The notes beneath the pieces are model-generated. The model was not told the origin of the DNA and ran no database searches. It worked only from the letters and a program-made list of their open reading frames with translations. A program made the position numbers and the translations under genes. DNA of 17,671 bases from NCBI GenBank assembly GCA_038046345.1, contig JBBSWJ010000022.1:1-17671 (forward strand), given 5' to 3'. Positions 14,797 through 17,671 of the stretch are shown here, piece after piece. This stretch comes from Nanobdellota archaeon (GTDB lineage: Archaea; Nanobdellota; Nanobdellia; SCGC-AAA011-G17; JACPNG01). The stretch's first letter is position 1, and each line of letters opens with the position of its first letter.

Positions 14797-15360
14797 ATGA
14801 GCAATGCAATAACTGAAGATATCATGATCGGGGATTTAGTAAAGAATTTCCCAGCTGTAGCTGAAGTAGTAGAGAAATACGGAGTTCATTGTGTTGGATG
14901 CCATGTTTCTGAGTTTGAAACTCTTGGCCAAGGTTTAAGAGGACATGGAATGGATGATGAACAAGTTTCTAAGGTAATTATTGAAGTAAATGATTTTGTT
15001 TCAAACAGAAATATATCTGCTCCAAAGAACGGGGAATTATTAGCCATATCAGAAGTAGCTGCTAAAAAAGTAGTTGAACTTGCAAAAAGACAAGGAAAAA
15101 ATATTTTCTTTCTTCGTGCTTCTGTGAAAAAAGGCGGCTGCGCTGGATACACATCAAGCCTTGATTTCACTGATATTAAAAAAGATGATGATACCATTAT
15201 CGAAGCACATGGTATAAAAGTTATCGTAGATCCTACATCACAATCACACTTAGATGGAGCGATAATAGAATATGTTGAATCACTAAACGAGACTGGTTTT
15301 AAGATTAATAACCCTAAAGCAAAGCACTCATGCGCATGCGGCAGCAGCTTTAGTTCATAA
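14797..15360 (+). CDS. DUF1858-like CxxC domain fused to an A-type Fe-S carrier (IscA/ErpA/HesB)
   Basis: N-terminal IGDLVKNFPAVAEVVEKYGVHCVGCH...ETLGQGLRGHG. C-terminal GGCAGY and FKINNPKAKHSCACGSSF. Confidence 0.9.
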   Translation: MSNAITEDIMIGDLVKNFPAVAEVVEKYGVHCVGCHVSEFETLGQGLRGHGMDDEQVSKVIIEVNDFVSNRNISAPKNGELLAISEVAAKKVVELAKRQGKNIFFLRASVKKGGCAGYTSSLDFTDIKKDDDTIIEAHGIKVIVDPTSQSHLDGAIIEYVESLNETGFKINNPKAKHSCACGSSFSS

Positions 15361-15413
15361 CTGTTAAAATTATCACCAAAATGTTTATAATAATTAGTTT
15401 ACTTCAATTGTTT

Positions 15414-15749
15414 ATGGGTAAAAAAAAGATTGTTTTAACCTTGAATAGCCATCATTCACGTAATAACCTTGAAGTTGGAGTTTACGAGTTAAAACCGGGT
15501 GTTGAAGTTAAGGATCTAGAACAGGTAGCTAACAGCAGTTTCATTGGAGAAACATCTATTGAACGCCCAATTGACGAAGTTGCTAATGAAATTACAAAAA
15601 AGTATTGCCCATCAGCACATAGAAGGATAGACGATAAAAATGCTACATCACATCAGATGACCCTCCCTAGAGAAGTAATCAGCAAAATAAAAGATGATTA
15701 TTTTCCTAGAAGGCTAATCAAAAAGAAAATAGGTCTTGTTAAATTATGA
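15414..15749 (+). CDS. Hypothetical protein
   Basis: Start moved to the ATG at 15414, about 28 nt downstream of a TTTATAAT box near 15386, giving 111 aa. No family recognised. Confidence 0.55.
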   Translation: MGKKKIVLTLNSHHSRNNLEVGVYELKPGVEVKDLEQVANSSFIGETSIERPIDEVANEITKKYCPSAHRRIDDKNATSHQMTLPREVISKIKDDYFPRRLIKKKIGLVKL

Positions 15750-15815
15750 ATTCTTTTTTACAACAATATTTAAAAATAGCTACAATTAAAATTTTTATAA
15801 ATAATTATTACACAT

Positions 15816-16088
15816 ATGACAAACAATAATAATAAGCCAGCTGAAGAAAAAAAGGAACAGTTTAAATACGAACTAGAATACGACCGTGACGGCTGTATTG
15901 GAGCAGGCTCCTGTGTTGCAGTCTACCCAGAACAATGGTCCCTTGATGATGAAGGTAAAGCCGTTTTTGTAAAAAAAGAGTTCAATGACAATGAACTTGA
16001 AAAAAACAAAGAAGCTGCACAAGCATGCCCTGTAAATGTGATTCATATACGCAATAAACATACAGGCGAACTTATTGATCAAAAATAA
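15816..16088 (+). CDS. Single-cluster ferredoxin, probably [3Fe-4S]
   Basis: CIGAGSC (C-x2-A-x2-C) plus a distal CP (ACPVNVI); only three Cys in the protein. Confidence 0.85.
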   Translation: MTNNNNKPAEEKKEQFKYELEYDRDGCIGAGSCVAVYPEQWSLDDEGKAVFVKKEFNDNELEKNKEAAQACPVNVIHIRNKHTGELIDQK

Positions 16089-16149
16089 TATCTAAATACT
16101 TTGTTACTAATTTTTGCCTTAAGAATAAAATAAAAATAAAAAATGGGAG

Positions 16150-16353
16150 TTACTTTTTTTTACTTGCAGCGCACATTTCTTGACAGGCTGAACAGCTATT
16201 CTTTGCTATAGCAACAACTCCTAACAGTATGAACAATGCTGAATACCAGCTTACCCCCCAATTCCATACACCCAAGTCCCCTAAAAGGAAGACAAGGCCA
16301 AGAACTAAGAGAAGTACACCACTCACAGTCGAACATTTTTTGCATCCATACAT
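16150..16353 (-). CDS. Small two-TM membrane protein with N- and C-terminal CxxC motifs
   Basis: Start set at the ATG at 16353, 6 nt after SD GGAGGTG, giving 67 aa. CKKC, TM, WNWGVSW, TM, CSAC-x3-C. TATA TTTATAAA at 16396-16389. Confidence 0.7.
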   Translation of the reverse strand: MYGCKKCSTVSGVLLLVLGLVFLLGDLGVWNWGVSWYSALFILLGVVAIAKNSCSACQEMCAASKKK

Positions 16354-16399
16354 GCACATCACCTCCGGTTATTTAAGTAATTTTTCAGTTTATAAATTT

Positions 16400-16999
16400 T
16401 TACTTAAAGACTTCTCCTGTTTCTATACTCCAAAACAATAAATCTAAATGATCAAACGGAATATTAATTTCGTTTGCAAAATCTTTAAACTTTTCTTCTA
16501 TGGCTAGATATTGTTTTTTAGTAAGACTTTTAGGCAGCTCATTTATCACATTATATCTTTTTAAATTTTTTAATATGTGCCTATCAAGTATAGCTAAACC
16601 GTTTGTACCTGTATTTCTTAAGAAATGACTTGCCTCTTTATACCCAAATCCTCTGACGAAATTTATTAATTCTTCCCTCGCTAAACACTTTTCTTTTTTT
16701 CTTATGCTTACCACTTCATTCAAAATAGTTTTTGCATATTCTAAATTTTTAGACTTAGTATTATGAAACCTAACATGCTTTTTGAGAATGGGCTCCAACT
16801 TTAGTTTCTTGTTATAGAAATCTTTTTTCTTTAACTCTTGAACCACCAAATCACTTTTTCTACCTTTTGTTTGAACAGCCATTATACAAAAACATAACTC
16901 ATAGAATAATTCCTCATCACTCCAATTCTTATCAAAATCTTTTAATCTTTGTTCAATAATATTTTTTTTTTCACTGTAGATCTTTTTTAATTCGCGCAT
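16400..16999 (-). CDS. ogg: 8-oxoguanine DNA glycosylase/AP lyase, archaeal OGG2 type
   Basis: Start moved to the ATG at 16999, giving 199 aa. Contains ELCFCIM, HhH motif RGFGYKEASHFLRN, ILDRHIL and DLLFWS. Confidence 0.9.
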   Translation of the reverse strand: MRELKKIYSEKKNIIEQRLKDFDKNWSDEELFYELCFCIMAVQTKGRKSDLVVQELKKKDFYNKKLKLEPILKKHVRFHNTKSKNLEYAKTILNEVVSIRKKEKCLAREELINFVRGFGYKEASHFLRNTGTNGLAILDRHILKNLKRYNVINELPKSLTKKQYLAIEEKFKDFANEINIPFDHLDLLFWSIETGEVFK

Positions 17000-17072
17000 G
17001 ATTGATACAGTTAATATTGATATTTTAAATAGTTTCTGGGAGATAACAACCTCCACATAACACACAACAAAA

Positions 17073-17146
17073 AGCCCCCGGAGGGATTTGAACCCACAAC
17101 TTATTGCTTACGAAGCAATCGCTCTACCAAGTTAAGCCACGGGAGC
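17073..17146 (-). tRNA. tRNA-Thr(CGT), intronless, CCA end not encoded
   Basis: The minus strand gives GCTCCCG/CGGGGGC acceptor, ATTGC-TTCGTAA-GCAAT anticodon arm, and GTGGG-TTCAAAT-CCCTC T arm with one T-T mismatch. Discriminator is T. Confidence 0.92.
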
Positions 17147-17284
17147 ATGAATTTTTTCTTTGATTTCTTTTAGAGTAAACTCTTTCTGGCAAAGTTTGCA
17201 TACAGGCTTTTTCAGTACAAAAGTTCCATCTATTTTTTCTAAAAATGTAATTTCTATTTTTTTCTTACAAATACTACATTTCAT
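17132..17284 (-). CDS. 50-aa zinc-finger-like microprotein overlapping the 5' end of tRNA-Thr
   Basis: Translated by hand and absent from the ORF track: MKCSICKKKIEITFLEKIDGTFVLKKPVCKLCQKEFTLKEIKEKIHAPVA*. Two CxxC motifs; TATA-like TTTTAATA about 34 nt upstream. Confidence 0.7.
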   Translation of the reverse strand: MKCSICKKKIEITFLEKIDGTFVLKKPVCKLCQKEFTLKEIKEKIHAPVA

Positions 17285-17304
17285 ACTAAGACCATATAGT
17301 ATAC

Positions 17305-17322
17305 AGAAAGTATTAAAAATAT
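17305..17322. promoter_or_regulatory. Overlapping divergent TATA elements for the zinc-finger/tRNA-Thr/ogg unit and the esterase
   Basis: The plus strand has GAAAG-TATTAAAAAT, with TTAAAAAT 28 nt before ATG 17341. The same bases read TTTTAATA on the minus strand. Confidence 0.5.
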
Positions 17323-17340
17323 TCCTGATAACAGCATGCC

Positions 17341-17671
17341 ATGAAATGGATTAGCAGTTTAATTATTATAAGCTTGATCATTATCTTATTTACAAGCGGC
17401 TGCGCACAAAAATGCGGAGATGATATTTGCAGCCCAAAAGAAGAAAGAAGAGGCACATGCCCATCAGATTGTACTACTACACCAGGCAATAACCAGCTCA
17501 CTCCAGGAGATTATAGACTAACCCTAAACTATGATAGCCTTATAAGAGAATACGAGATACATGTCCCACAAGGTTATGATAATCAGGTTAGCACACCATT
17601 AGTCCTTAATTTTCATGGTGGCGCTGGAAATATAGACAATGCTAAAAAAGGAACCCAAATGAGTCCAGTAA
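17341..17671 (+). CDS. Secreted/lipoprotein alpha/beta-hydrolase, LpqC/PHB-depolymerase-like (3' end outside window)
   Basis: Translated by hand and absent from the ORF track. Signal peptide ending FTSGC, then CGDDIC-x9-CPSDC, then REYEIHVPQGYD and PLVLNFHGGAG. Confidence 0.75.
   Translation, partial: MKWISSLIIISLIIILFTSGCAQKCGDDICSPKEERRGTCPSDCTTTPGNNQLTPGDYRLTLNYDSLIREYEIHVPQGYDNQVSTPLVLNFHGGAGNIDNAKKGTQMSPV

Noticed and set aside
7934-17146. Integrated element bounded by the tRNAs
   Set aside because: No integrase or transposase is present, and I saw no duplicated tRNA 3' end or att site.
377-17501. Overlapping or antisense ORFs in the track (for example 377..631, 752..1105, 1136..2032, 1569..1793, 2425..2808, 2706..2990, 3344..3598, 3988..4266, 4938..5174, 5734..5991, 7237..7419, 7548..7748, 8542..8730, 9108..9332, 10143..10466, 10993..11202, 11521..11823, 12530..12712, 13614..13943, 14099..14329, 14429..14809, 14886..15197, 15873..16082, 16229..16441, 17160..17354, 17313..17501)
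   Set aside because: They are shadows of well-supported genes and show no motifs, SD sites or promoters of their own.
1-17671. CRISPR array, rRNA or IS elements
   Set aside because: I saw no regularly spaced repeats, rRNA-like segments or terminal inverted repeats flanking a transposase.

Overview
This is an AT-rich archaeal window. Archaeal-type SecD and TrpRS, BRE/TATA promoters and Cys-rich surface repeats point to a DPANN archaeon such as Woesearchaeales or Pacearchaeales (inference). In order it holds: (1) the 3' end of secD; (2) a five-gene minus-strand copper operon (Met/Gly-rich membrane protein, CupA-like cupredoxin, small Cys/His protein, CopZ, CopA), divergent from a membrane-anchored winged-helix regulator with a perfect 14-bp palindrome between the two promoters; (3) two back-to-back toxin-antitoxin pairs (HTH-MNT/HEPN and AbrB/PIN, the PIN gene frameshifted) and a probable MFS remnant; (4) trpS, preceded by a 15-codon Trp-containing uORF at the predicted transcription start and followed 1 nt after its stop by tRNA-Trp(CCA); (5) a Cys/His-rich orphan; (6) a nine-gene run sufB-sufD-sufS-sufU-sufC-sufT-HTH-sod-(DUF1858/A-type carrier) with a 16-bp palindrome just downstream of its TATA box; (7) a hypothetical protein, a probable [3Fe-4S] ferredoxin and a two-CxxC membrane microprotein; (8) a minus-strand unit of zinc-finger microprotein, tRNA-Thr(CGT) and ogg, where the microprotein's stop codon lies inside the tRNA; (9) the 5' part of a secreted esterase. 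The best candidates for undescribed biology are the trpS leader peptide, the membrane-anchored copper-sensing module and the Cys-rich HTH regulator of the suf operon. All family calls come from motifs recognised by eye; no database search was run. Several start codons were moved from the supplied ORF track based on overlaps, SD sites and TATA spacing.
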